Below are positions 38,241-50,923 of a DNA stretch of 64,000 bases, one piece after another. The DNA lies in contig NC_068998.1 in assembly GCF_001194135.2 (NCBI RefSeq), forward strand, positions 29,368,699-29,432,698, read 5' to 3'. The notes under the pieces are model-generated. The model ran no database searches, was not told the DNA's origin, and saw only the letters and a program-made list of their open reading frames with translations. The DNA is from Octopus bimaculoides. Taxonomy: Eukaryota. The first letter of the stretch is position 1; every line of letters starts with the position of its first letter. A program made the position numbers and the translations under genes.

Positions 38241-39062
38241 CAGTAGAGCTTTCCCTGGCACAAAACTGAACCACATCTCATCCAGGCTAATTCTCTTCCT
38301 AATTAGTTGAGTTGTCAATCTCTCTAACTTTCATGACCTGGTCCAGCAATTTAGTAGTTCTGTAATTATTTCTAAGGCATCACCTTTTCCTATGTAGCAC
38401 CTACACCAGTTGTTGGATATGACTTGCGGACAACCTGATTAACTATACAGATGACTAGGTCATATCCCACTCAGCCAGATATTTTAAGCTTTCCCTATCT
38501 TCAAAACACAAATTAGATACTATTTTTAAAATTATGGTGTAATCAACTTCTGAAATTTTAAATGCTTTACCTAAATACTTTATATCATCACTCCTAAACT
38601 AACAATAAATTGCATGTTCTTTCTATTTACCAGTTATTTCCTGCTTGATAAAATAATTAATAGTGATATTTAACAGATGACTAAATTTACTATATTTCTC
38701 TCTTTCCCTACAAAGAGTAACCTTTCACCAAATTAAATCATTTTGAGTCATGTATCAAGGTGAGCAAAATACTTTTAAAATTTATACATTACATGAATTC
38801 AGATTTAGTTAATGTCTTATTAAAGTATCTGGAAGTTACATTGAAATAACAAATGCAGTATTGATTTTAAAAATCTGGAAAAAGAAGCTTCACCTTTAAG
38901 ATGAGGTGGAGGTGAAGGGGTTGCACTTCTGCTATTGGACACTGAGACTGAAGGAGCATTAATGTCGGAAAATCCACAATCTACTGTTGGAATAAAAGTA
39001 ATATTTGCATGTCCTGATTTTTTTAATATTAATTTAGCCTAAGGAGATACTAAATCTAAACA

Positions 39063-39402
39063 AGGAGTGGCTGTGTGGTGAGTAGCTTGCTTACCAACCA
39101 CATGGTTCTGGGTTCAGTCCCACTGCGTGACACCTTGGGCAAGTGTCTTCTACTATAGCCTCGGGCCGACCATTGCCTTGTGAGTGGATTTGGTAGACGG
39201 AAACTGAAAGAAGCCCGTCGTATATATGTATATATATGTATGTATGTGTGTGTATATGTCTGTGTTTGTCCCCCCAACATCGCTTGACAACCGATGCTGG
39301 TGTGTTTACGTCCCTGTAACTTAGCGGTTCGGCAAAAGAGACCGATAGAATAAGTACTAAGCTTCCAAAGAGTAAGTCCTGGGGTCGATTTGCTCGACTA
39401 AA
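39063..39402 (+). mobile_element. tRNA-derived SINE (reference copy)
   Basis: A-box TGGCTGTGTGG, B-box GGTTCAGTCC, central (TA)/(TG) microsatellite and a 3' body shared with several other copies in the window. Confidence 0.9.
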
Positions 39403-40225
39403 GTGTAAAAGAGAGTAAGTGTATGTCACATAAACTCAGAGAAAATAAGGAAGGTTTCTTTTTTTTGCATTTAATTGAACATTTCTGCCTTGTAATGAAA
39501 GTGTAGTAGTTTTGATGGAAGTAGATTCTGTATTACAACTAATACAATCTTTTGTTATCATTCATACATTTAAAACAACCAACTGGCAAACGCTTTCTAT
39601 TAAGAGTTTTGCAGTGCAGCTGTGTCTAATCATGCTACTGTCATTGACCAAAACAATTTAAACATTTACATAAAACAATATCTTATGAGTTCAGACTTAG
39701 ATATGCTTTTGCTTACGTGTAAAAGACATTCTCTGCTTAGTCTGGATTGATGAAGTTACTTGAATGTCTATTTAGCAGACTGAACTCATTGTAACAGCTT
39801 CAGAATAATCACTATGATGCCCAAATGAAATAAGTCCCTTCATCCAGAAATTGGCAGCATTTGTTGTTTCCACTTTGAGTATATTTAATTCCACATACCT
39901 GTTAAATAACTTCAAGGGAGGTCGTTTGGGTATTTGGTAAAGTTTGTTATGAAGCAGTGATGTTTTTCCTATTAGGTCTGATCATGTTAATAAGAATACT
40001 AGTTGGATGACCAGTTCATCATCATTGCCATTCATGCATTTATCACCAACAATATTTTGATTTCATCTTGCATTTTATGAACCAACATTTTTTTCAGTCA
40101 TTCTACCAGAAAGTGCTGAATTTCATTTTCTGATCCTGCTTTTTTTCTGTTGCTTTCACAGCAGATGGAGTTCTTTTACTTCCAGCCTTTGGATGTCAGC
40201 TTGTGATTGTAGAGATTGTCTAGAC

Positions 40226-40548
40226 CAGTGGTTTTCAACGGGGGTTCATAAAAGACTCTTGGGGGTCCACACAACAAAATAGTAAATTGGCAATCCACAA
40301 TAGTATTTTAAGAGTCCCTGAAAAAATGTAATTTTGTATGTATTGGTATGTATTGCAAGAAACAGCTAGATTTCTTTCTGTAGCATTTTGCATAGTTCAA
40401 CCTACACAAGTTAATGTGTGATGAACTAAATAGGAATTTTGTAAAAGTTTCTATAAACTAGCTTTTAAACATTGAATGGCTATGGGGGTCCACCAGAATA
40501 AAATAGTAATCAAAGGTGTCTAGGTTAAAAAATAGTTGAGAACCCCTT
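40226..40548. mobile_element. hAT (Charlie-like) MITE
   Basis: TIRs CAGTGGTTTTCAAC / GTTGAGAACCCCTT; 8-bp TSD GTCTAGAC at 40218-40225 and 40549-40556 (fits NTCTAGAN). Confidence 0.85.
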
Positions 40549-40892
40549 GTCTAGACAGTAAAGCTTTTAGCTTGTCTTTTGTGGTTCCGAGTATGAAATT
40601 ATAAAATAAAATAAGTACTTATTCATTTCAATTCAACAAAAACCCCTCCTAGAAATTGCCTTAGTGTCTAAGAAAATGAGTTAAGACTTGAAAGCTTAAA
40701 CATTTCAGTTTTTCATTTTTATTTACTGATAATGTCTGTTATAGTTAAATGAAATCTTGACATAGAACTTTTTAGTTCAATTATGCATGTAGTTGTTTAA
40801 TCAGATGTACATGTATTTTTATATGCATATATTGTTTATTTAAAAAAATTCTTTTTTTTTTCTCTTACAGTGTTTTATCTTGTGGCTTGAAG

Positions 40893-40925
40893 ATGGTGAG
40901 CAACAGTGAAAAGTACCTGTTATAG
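40893..40925 (+). other. uORF (MVSNSEKYLL*) in the presumed 5' UTR part of the zinc-finger exon
   Basis: The exon begins at 40871 after TTTTTTTTTTCTCTTACAG. aagATGG has a strong context and stops 140 nt before the main ATG. Confidence 0.45.
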
Positions 40926-41065
40926 AAACATTCACATCAACACATCCATTTCCACATTCACACACACACACACACACTCTTCTTACCATAACTGCTTGAT
41001 CTACTTTTACATTCCTATTCCTTTGCTTTGAGGAACGTCTTTGCACATTTAGTGCAACAAGAATC

Positions 41066-44000
41066 ATGGACCATGTTAAATACAATAGCAGCAGCAACAA
41101 CAGCAGATGCTCACCATTACCCCCTATAGGCAAACTACAATCACCTGTACAGAACAATAGCAATGGTGATAATACTCTTGGCAGCATCAGCAGCAATGGT
41201 CGCCACAGCAAGCCTCTCTACCATCACAGCTATCTTAGCAGTAAATCTAGTGTCTCTATGACTGGCGTTAAAAACTTGAAGAACACCTGTGGTAAATTCA
41301 GTGGCAGCAGTAGTCTGTTAAATGGGGCTACAGGCAGTGGTGGTAGTGATGGTGGTAGTGCATACAGTGTGTCAATGAAGGCCAACAGTAGCTACTTGAA
41401 ACTCTATGGCACTGCCAGTCACAATAACAGCATCAGTTCATCATTGACAAATGCAGTTTCTGGTAACAGTCACTGCAGTCAACAGCAACTGCAACAGCGG
41501 CAGCAGCAGCAGGCAGTGGCCACAATAGCTACTTCAAATGCAGTCGTCAAAACAAACAGTCCAAATATAAACCTAGTTCTGAATCCAAAACCAATATTGG
41601 AAGCTGCAGCAGAGAAAGAGAAAGTACAAGAAAAAATGGGAAATGGCAATGATGACGATGACGACGACGACGACGAAGATGATGGTGTTGACGATGATGA
41701 TGATGATGATGACGATGACGATGATGACGATGATGATAATCATGATGATGATGGAGGAGGAGAGGAAATGGGAAAAAGTGATAAAAAATTGGAAGGAATG
41801 ATTGAAAATGATGTAAAAGTAGAGAAAGAGGAGCAGACAGAGGGTGGAGACAAGCAACTCCAACCAAATAACAACACCCCAAATACAGGTAAAAGTAGTA
41901 GTACTGTTTCTGTTGATGGTGGTGCTACAGCATCTAGTCTCAGTCTGAAGGAAAGAGAAAGCATCTATGAGTGGTCATATGATGAACCAGAGGAGGAAAG
42001 CAACCAGCCATACAAAACTAAGTACCAATTGTTCTCACATCTACGCAAGAGCAACATTGATCGACCATTCAAATGTGTGCACTGCGAGAAGTGCTTTGCA
42101 ACTACCTCACACTTGAAGTCACATGTGCGCACACATACAGGGGAAAAGCCACACAAATGTCACAAGTGCCCACGTGCATTCTCAGAACAGTCGTCACTGA
42201 AGAGGCATTTGCGTCTGCACAGCGGAGAGCGTCCATATGTCTGCCTGCACTGCAGGGAGTCATTCTACAACCAAACTTCGCTGAAAAACCACCTGGCCAA
42301 GCACACAGGCGAGAAGCCATATAAGTGTCTAAAATGCCAAAAGTCCTTTATTCATGCCTCCCACTTGAAGTCACATCTGCGCACCCATACGGGTGAAAAA
42401 CCTTTCATGTGTCTCGAGTGCAACCGACCGTTTTCAGAGCGCACATCATTACGCCGCCACATGCGTATCCACACAGACGAGAAACCATACACTTGCAAGC
42501 AGTGTGGCAAAGCTTTTCATAACCAGTCTTCACTGAAATATCATGTTACTAGCCATGACTCACAAAACAATGACCAGAGCAACAACACTGAGGACGGTAA
42601 GGACAATAACAAAAAAAAAAACAACCGTTCTGCAAAAGCTAACAAATCAAAACGAGGTGGAACTCGAACTAATGTAAAAGGTACATTTAAATGCAAAGAA
42701 TGCAACAAGTCATATGTTGATGAATCAAACCTGAAGCGACATACTTCTTTACACTCAGGAGAGCGATCTTTCAAGTGTTTACGTTGTGACAAGGCTTTCT
42801 TTAGCCAAGCTGGTCTTCAACAGCATGTACGTACTCACACTGGGGAGAAACCATATTTATGTGTCCATTGCAGCAAGAAGTTTTCACAGCATTGTGATCT
42901 GAAGCGACACCTACGTACCCACACAGGAGTACGTCCACATCAATGTCCTCATTGTGAAAAAGTATTTTGTGAGCACTCTTCTCTAAAGAATCATTTAGCT
43001 ACTGTCCACACAAGCAAAGAACAGCAGTCTGAACTGTGGCACTGTTCTTACTGCGCTGAAAGCTTTCCTGATGAGCTGACACTTCAACAGCACATGCATA
43101 GTGCACATAATGCTACAACCTTACAACCTCCTACTGATGAGAGCTCTGTGCAACGAAGTACAACACCATTGAGGTGCAGTGAGTGCGGTAAAGATTTTTC
43201 GCAGAGTTCTCAATTAGAAGAACATTTCTCTGCATGTCATCAGCCTACCAACAAAAAGATTACTTCATCTCCCAGTAACCCTGTTAACACATTGAGCCAA
43301 AAGTCACCTTTCACATGTGTCTATTGTGGAAAGGCATTCAGCCATCGCACTTCTCTCCAACGCCACATTCGCATCCACACGGGTGACAATCTGTACAAGT
43401 GTACTCAGTGCAGCAAATCATTTTGTCAGAAGTCCTCCTATGAGTATCACATTACCATTCACTCAGGAATTAAACCTTATGTGTGTGTCACGTGTGGTAA
43501 AGGATTTGCACATCAGTATGGGTTGCATCGTCATGTACGTACACATGCTGCAGAGGTTGCAGCTGAGGATGCCTCAAACAACTTGAACATTTTAGCTAAA
43601 AAAGAAGATGAGGATGAGGATGATGATGACGATGATGACGATGATGATGACGATGATGATGATGACAATGATGATGACGATGATGAGGACGATGACGATG
43701 ATAATGATGATGATGATGACAAAAACAATGGCAATAATAATGATAGCAATAAAAATAACAATATTCAGATGGATACATTGCAAATATCAAAATCTGCTTT
43801 AATTTCAAATCCTTCCCAAACTGTGTCTAATGGGTCAAAGACAGGTCCTTTGGCGCATCCACCTCACTCATCACACTCCTCACATAGGCATTTACCTATT
43901 CATCTTAATCAGTCACAACAGCAACAAAATTCTCAACAAAAACAGCCCTGTTTAAACTCACAGCAAGCACTCCATCATCAGCAGCATCATCACCATCATC

Positions 44001-44134
44001 AACAACAATCACAAATTCAGCATCAACAACAACAGCAGCAGCAAGTAACTGGACAACAACAGAATTATGACAATGTTGATTTTAACCTTTGTTTGGCTAC
44101 AAATATTTCTATCAACTCCACTTCTACAAGCTGA
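41066..44134 (+). CDS. C2H2 zinc-finger protein, 1022 aa, 15 fingers, single coding exon
   Basis: Uninterrupted ORF with atcATGG context; 15 CX2C..HX3-4H fingers in groups of 6, 4, 1, 1 and 3 with TGEKP-type linkers. Poly-Asp at 41651-41752 and 43604-43720; Gln/His-rich ends. No KRAB, BTB, SCAN or ZAD recognised. Confidence 0.97.
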   Translation: MDHVKYNSSSNNSRCSPLPPIGKLQSPVQNNSNGDNTLGSISSNGRHSKPLYHHSYLSSKSSVSMTGVKNLKNTCGKFSGSSSLLNGATGSGGSDGGSAYSVSMKANSSYLKLYGTASHNNSISSSLTNAVSGNSHCSQQQLQQRQQQQAVATIATSNAVVKTNSPNINLVLNPKPILEAAAEKEKVQEKMGNGNDDDDDDDDEDDGVDDDDDDDDDDDDDDDDNHDDDGGGEEMGKSDKKLEGMIENDVKVEKEEQTEGGDKQLQPNNNTPNTGKSSSTVSVDGGATASSLSLKERESIYEWSYDEPEEESNQPYKTKYQLFSHLRKSNIDRPFKCVHCEKCFATTSHLKSHVRTHTGEKPHKCHKCPRAFSEQSSLKRHLRLHSGERPYVCLHCRESFYNQTSLKNHLAKHTGEKPYKCLKCQKSFIHASHLKSHLRTHTGEKPFMCLECNRPFSERTSLRRHMRIHTDEKPYTCKQCGKAFHNQSSLKYHVTSHDSQNNDQSNNTEDGKDNNKKKNNRSAKANKSKRGGTRTNVKGTFKCKECNKSYVDESNLKRHTSLHSGERSFKCLRCDKAFFSQAGLQQHVRTHTGEKPYLCVHCSKKFSQHCDLKRHLRTHTGVRPHQCPHCEKVFCEHSSLKNHLATVHTSKEQQSELWHCSYCAESFPDELTLQQHMHSAHNATTLQPPTDESSVQRSTTPLRCSECGKDFSQSSQLEEHFSACHQPTNKKITSSPSNPVNTLSQKSPFTCVYCGKAFSHRTSLQRHIRIHTGDNLYKCTQCSKSFCQKSSYEYHITIHSGIKPYVCVTCGKGFAHQYGLHRHVRTHAAEVAAEDASNNLNILAKKEDEDEDDDDDDDDDDDDDDDDNDDDDDEDDDDDNDDDDDKNNGNNNDSNKNNNIQMDTLQISKSALISNPSQTVSNGSKTGPLAHPPHSSHSSHRHLPIHLNQSQQQQNSQQKQPCLNSQQALHHQQHHHHHQQQSQIQHQQQQQQQVTGQQQNYDNVDFNLCLATNISINSTSTS

Positions 44135-47100
44135 CTGGATGCTGATGGGCTAGGGAACTGAACTTCTAAGCATAAGCTATTCACCATCCTCACCAGGAAG
44201 AGAGAGGTGTAGATATATATCTGCTTATCTATCAATTCATTATTTCTTAAACCATCTAACTCTATGTCTAAACCACATTTAACTGTTTTATCCTGTCTAC
44301 CTGTCTGTCTATTTTTTAATGTCTATTTATTTGCCTATTTCTGGCTATTACCTATCAACCTATCTAGCTATTTATGTGTATGTATGCCTAAACATTAGTG
44401 TGGTTCTATCTCCAACTATATTTCCTCTCACCTATTACTATTATCAGATTTCAAACCAAGGTTTTCATTACATTTTCTTGGTTAAATATACCAAATTAGA
44501 ATTATGTTTTTTTTTCCTTTCTTTGTTTTGATTTTTTTTCTCTACACTATCTTTTTTTCTTATGGGTCATTTGGTTCTGCAAAGTCAGACCTTTTCAATT
44601 ACTACACATGACATGTATAGTTGGGTGCTAATATTTGTTTGACACTTTACTTTGAAGTAGAAACTGAATGAATAAAGTGAGCAACCAGGGCGAGAAGAAT
44701 GTATTACTTGAGATTGAACTTGTGATTTGATCATCATACAATCATTAGGCCAGTTTATCATGTATGTGGGCATCTAAAAGCTCATTTAAGATTAAGGAAA
44801 GCAAAGTGGAGTAAGATGAGATCATAACCTTGTCTTCACTCCTTATGTTTAAGGAGAGCTGTTGGATCATAAGTAAATAGCAAGAGTGAGCTGGAAAATT
44901 GTCCAGTTGAGTTTAGTTTTCGTTGCCATTACTACGCTACTTTCAACTGCTTTTGCCTTTTTCTGTTGCATCCAAACATCATCACCATGCATCTAAATAG
45001 AATATCCATGCATGTCTCTATTGTACTAAGTAAAATGATTAAAATCTTGTGTCATATTTTGTAGTGAAATACTACCATGGAAAAATGGGATAGTTTGACC
45101 TTATGACCTTTTAGGTTAGTGATAGTAATCCATCTTTCTCCCAAGCAAGACCTAATCTGTTGATGTAAATGACTTTTACCTAAGGACACAATGAAATGCC
45201 AGCAGCTGAAACCAAACCTATTATATTTAGATTAGTATACCAGCAAGCTTAAATTCCCTCAGACAAAATGTTCTTGGTGTAGTTGATTGGTAGAGATGGT
45301 TGTTAGCCTGAGTAGTTAGCCAATCACATCTTATCCTAAGTTCTATACACTCCACTTTTATGTCGTTTCACTTTTTACTTTTGACCAGTATGTGAATTTT
45401 AGAATAAAGAATGCTTAGGATGTTCTGTCAACAGTTGTTCATGATAAATGTGAGACTAGAAAATGAGTAATTCTTTTTTAGACTTTTCATTATTTCATTT
45501 CTAAAGAATCTTTGTGTAGATAGTTGTTATATGTTGAAGACTGTAACAGTCATATGTCACTTCTTGTTCATATGGATCTCTATAGATTGTGCTATGCTAA
45601 GTCTGTTGAGCATTTATATGTTAAGCAGCTACCACTGTTTGCAATATTTAAAGCCATTTTTGTCAATTTTAGAATACTGCAATGACTATTGTGCAGGATT
45701 TATCCATTTGATGCAACTTTAAACTAATTCTCTCTCTGTTTCTAACCAGTTGCTTTTTGTTTTGATCTCTAACTAATGAAATTTTCTCCAGAATTATCAT
45801 TCTGAAGGGACCACACTGCTAGACTGTCCCTTTTATTTGTTCAAAATTGCATCTGTGTCATTTTTGAGTCATTCCTCTCCCTTTCCTTTTGCTCCCTATA
45901 CACACAAAATATCCCACCACATGGCTGTGGATCTTTCGTTGGTCTAATGATAAAAAAGAGCTAGAAATAAAAGATCCATAATGAATGACATAGTGGATAA
46001 GATCTAGCAATTTGAGTAACAGTATTTAATGCCAGGTAACCTAAGTTCACATATGCATGCATACACATACATCAGTGCATGATGATCATCAAAACAGAGT
46101 TTAAGACAGAAACTCTAAAGATGGAATTAAAACCATACTACTTTAGAAATTGTATTTTCTAAATAAGGAAATGTTCCTTCAGTTACTATATCACATTGTT
46201 TATCACAAATAGTTGTGCAACAGTGTCACACCAACAGGGTTTTTGATTGGCTTATATTAAGCGTTTGGTTGTGTTAATAATATGGAACAAGTATAGTAAG
46301 TTACCTATAAACGTTTGATTGCTGGATAGAGTGAATGATTTTATTTTTATGGTCTAATGCAGTTGCTGAAATTACATGAACCACATTTTAAATTTCTTTT
46401 TTGCCTTAAAGCTAGCGGTAGGTTTTTATGTTTAAATAACAAACACTAATGATTATTATGATTATGATAGTATATATGTGTATTATATAAAAATATATGT
46501 GTGTGTGTGTATATAAAAGTATTTATGCATGTATATATATTTATATATATGTGTGTGTGTTGTACATGTTTATGTGTATACATATGTTTCATTGTATTTG
46601 CAATAATTGAAGTAGAGATTGGTTTGCATATATGAAATACATTCTTTTAAGCTGGGGTTAAATTACCTCAACTCCACATGCTGTACTGCTTGTGATAATG
46701 ACAGTTTAAGAGAGGACAAGATATCCTCTCTTAGATTGTTTTCCAACCAAGTCAACTCTTCTCATCTGTTAGTAAATGAGTTGCTATGTTTAAGATCATT
46801 GCACTTTTTGTGAAGATTTTCTCTTAAATACATTTAAAAACTAGGAGGAAAAAAATTTAAAGAATGGTGCATTTAGACTGAAGAAACTGTATAAGGTATG
46901 TCACTTTCTGCAAACAGGACATTTACCTTTTGCCTGTTTGTCTCTCAAATATCTGGCATCAGTGTACCATATCCAAGTCTACAACATTGTTGTGCACCTC
47001 AATATGCTTCTTGAATATTTTTGAGTAAAGTGATGTTTATAAACTACTTGTAATTTTCTTGAACATTCATTGAAAAGTCCTTTAATAATCTAAGTGATAT

Positions 47101-49300
47101 TATGCATAAAAACTGATGATGAATAACTTACAATATCTATTATATGTTATTCTGTTGGAAAGAGGCTAAATATTTGCTTTAAGGTTCCAAGATTGTGACA
47201 TGGCGACTCTCGATAGCTTTAAATGCATTTCATAGATCCAACATTCAGTTTTTATTAATTGCTCCTTCTTAATATTCTAAATGTATTCCCTATTAGACAT
47301 TTTTTAGAAGACTTTTTATATTTTGCTTCAGTAGTTCACTAATACATATGAATGATATAGAGCATTATATGATTGTCATTTGAATGACATATTAAATTTT
47401 CATTTGTATTTGCATGTTATTTGTTGATTTTCTAGTCTTACATGTGACTATGAAGTCAACAAATAGTCTGTTTAATTAACAACTTTGTTCTTCAAAGTTT
47501 ACTCATAATGTATTTGATTAATTAATTAAGAGCTATTATAATCATGTGGAAGAAAAATAATGGTTAGCATACCTGCTGTATTCATATATCACATCTACCC
47601 AGGCTGACATACTTGCTGTTTGTTTAATTTGTTTAGTCTGGTTACTAATTAGTGTATCTCTGGTTACTTCTAACCTTGTATATTTCTTTACACAATGTCT
47701 CAATAAAACATCTCATTCTATACCAAGTTATTTCACATGTATAGCACCAGTGCAACCAACTTTTATGATACAGCACCACATTGAGTTGCAGTATTTGACT
47801 TTCAGATATTGTTACATGGTCATTCAGCTGTATGTGTTCTTGTTGTCAAATGAAAGCTTCCTGATTCTTGGTGTATACTGTTGTGCTTACACCAGCATTT
47901 TCCATTAACATTATCATTGTTTTATGTTTATTCTGGCATAGTTTGGATAGGTTTTTTTTTTTTTTGAGACATTGTTTTACAGCTGGATATCCTTTTGGTT
48001 ACTTCTTACATCAGGCAAGGATGATGCTATACACCTTTTTCTAAAACTGGTGTATTCATGGTAATTCATTATTAGTTCCTTTGTAAAAACTAAACTGTTG
48101 ATGTTTTACTCATTTGAGCTATAAGATAAGATGAGCCATTTAATTCCTTAGTGGTTCCAGTATCTATGGAATTTACTTAAAATCTAAATTTAATCAATAT
48201 CATGACTGCTGAAAATTGTAGAGGTAAGTTACTAGTAAACCATGTTTACAACTTGGTTTTGATCTCTTGTTGGGGGTGTTTTTTCACTTTATATCGCTAC
48301 TATCCTTCAGAAGATATGAAAATTGTATGGTCTAATTTCTTTGTTCCCTATAAACCTGGAACTGTGGAAAAAATTAATAATTCAGCTATCAATGACAGTT
48401 TCATATGTATTTACAATATTAATATGATGAAAGGATGCAAAGAATTACACCTTGATATAGAGCACGTTTTGCTTTTTATAGTTGAAGCATGTTGTACATA
48501 GATATCCTGCACTTTTTGTAAAGTGTCTTAATTTTTCTACTCAAGGAAGTTCTGCATTATTTTCTGATTATGTTCTAATCTTAAAATTTCTTTACTCTAT
48601 CCCTGGGTGCTCATGTACAAAATTTCAAGTGATAATACTTAAGTCATTCTAGGTGTACCATTCTTTCAATTTTTAAAAAAATTTTCTATAAGTTGTTTAA
48701 TTGATTTATGTGACAACGTTGATAATTGTCATGGCAATATTTGGCTACCTACCCAACTCTATGAGTCCTGATGTCTTAATAATCCTTTTTTGGGGATTTG
48801 CTTAAAAAGATGGTGTCAGACACAAATGTCTGTAGCTATATTGTGCTTCAAAGTTTATTTGATCTTGATTCTCAAGAAGTTAAGTCTATCTATAATCAAA
48901 AGAATTCAGTTTTTCCATTTCTCTCCTTGTTGTGTTCCACAATTCTACAACATAGATCATTTTAGAGTCAGAGGAAAAGAATTTACCGAACATCTTTGAT
49001 GTCAGAACTATAAAGTCTACATCAATTTCATTGTGCTGTTACTGCTACGAAGAAATCCAAAGTGTTGGGAATGTCTCTATCATTCACTGATATTCATGTA
49101 TGGCAGACTAAGTCAATTACTGCAAAATGAATACATATAATCCAAACATATATCTTGATCACTAATTATAATGCTCTTTCATTGCATTCTGAAGCCTAGT
49201 AAATTATTAGATGATAATTTGACTCAATAATGTTATGATCTGTTTTTTAAAATAACTTTCCAAACATTAAATATGTGAAATTACTGTGTTAGACATGTAT
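44135..49300 (+). other. Probable long 3' UTR
   Basis: About 5 kb of AT-rich unique sequence almost free of recognisable TEs, with AATAAA near 44670, 45402, 45966 and 47702. The end point is unknown. Confidence 0.4.
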
Positions 49301-49321
49301 ATATATATATATATATATCTT

Positions 49322-49660
49322 TCATTTTGTTTTTGTCATTAGACTGCAGCCATGCTGGGTTACTAACTTGAAGAATTTTTAGTTGAATGAATTGACCCCA
49401 GTACTTATCCTTTTTAAGCCTGGTACTTATTCTATTAGTCTCTTTTGCTGGATTAAGTTACAGGAACATAAGCACACCAATACCAGTTGTCAAACGGTTG
49501 TAGGGAACATAGATATATGCATATATGATGGACTTCTTTCTGTTTCTATCTACCGAGTCCACTCACAAGGCTTTGGTCGTCAGCCTGAGGCTAGAGTAGA
49601 AGACACTTGCCCAAAGTGTCACACAGTGAGACTGAACCCAGAACCATGAGATTGAGTAGC
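49322..49660 (-). mobile_element. tRNA-derived SINE
   Basis: Reverse complement of the family; diverged. Confidence 0.8.
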
Positions 49661-50490
49661 ACAGTCATGCCTACGAACAGCCATGCTACATGGCAGTGAA
49701 ACATCGGCCATAACTGCTGAGGACATGCGTAAGCTCGCAAGGAATGAAGCCAGTATGCTCCGATGGATGTGTAATGTCAGTGTGCATACTTGGCAGAGTG
49801 TAAGTACCTTGAGAGAAAAGTTGAACCTAAGAAGCATCAGTTGTGGTGTGCAAGAGAGACGATTGCGTTGGTATGGTCATGTGGCGAGAATGGATGAGGA
49901 TAGCTGTGTGAAAAAGTGCCATACCCTAGCAGTTGAGGGAACCTGTGGAAGGTGGGACAAGGTGGTGAAGCACAACCCTCGAACATTAGGCCTCACCGAG
50001 ACCTTTGGAAATACGCAATGCGTGAGAAGACCCGGCAAGCCAAGTGAGACCATAACCCATAGCCTATGCCAGGGGTGTAACCAACCCACTTATGCGTACC
50101 TTTCCTTCATTGGACACTAAATTCTGCCTGTGAAGACCTGTTGAGGCAAGTGAAATTGAAATCGAATCAAATTCGATGACTGGCACCTGTGCCAGTGGAG
50201 CTAAGAGCACCATCCGAGTGTGATCGTTGCCAGTGCAGCGGACCAGCTTCCGTGTCTGTGGCACGTGAAAAATCATTCGAACGAGGTCGTTGCCAGTTCT
50301 GCCTGACTGGCTCGTAAAAGCACCCACTACACTCTTGGAGTGGTTGGCATTAGGAAGGGCATCCAGCTGTAGAAACTCTGCTGGATCAGATTGGAGCCTG
50401 GTGCAGCCATTTGGTTCACCAGTCCTCACTCAAATCATCCGACCAATGCTAGCATGGAAAGCGGACGTTAAACAATGATGATGATGATGA
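49661..50490 (+). mobile_element. 5'-truncated RTE LINE (ORF C-terminus, 3' UTR, (GAT)n tail)
   Basis: MLHGSET..EASMLRWMC..RRLRWYGHVARMDE; tail GATGATGATGAT at about 50477-50490. Confidence 0.9.
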
Positions 50491-50923
50491 TATATACATA
50501 CACATATCTCAGATCAAATGATGGATGATCAAGATGAATAACAATACAACTTACTGTTCCATTCAGCATAGAAAACTGAATATTACAATAGACACTGATG
50601 AGTGTGTAGATATGCTTTTGTTGGTTTCAATCATTGGAAAGTGGTTCTGCTAAAATATTAACTGAAGAGTTTCCTTTTAGTTCTTATTTCAGACTTGTAC
50701 TTATTTTGTCAATTTCTATGAAATATTGAACATAAATATAGCTCCAGAACACATAAATATTTGCATATTTGTATGCATGATTGTGTGTTATGTGTGTGTG
50801 TCTATCCCCCATCACCATTTGACAACTGGTGTTAGTGTGTATTGTCCCCATAACTTAGCGGATCAACAAAAGATATTCCTGGAGTTGATTTGTTCAAATA
50901 AAACCTATTCAAGNNNNNNNNNN

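Noticed and set aside
39063-39135. tRNA gene
   Set aside because: The A/B boxes belong to a SINE head; no full cloverleaf, and the same body recurs in many copies.
41547-43808. Alternative-frame and antisense ORFs rich in M, H, I or S within the zinc-finger gene
   Set aside because: By-products of the GAT/GAC poly-Asp tracts.
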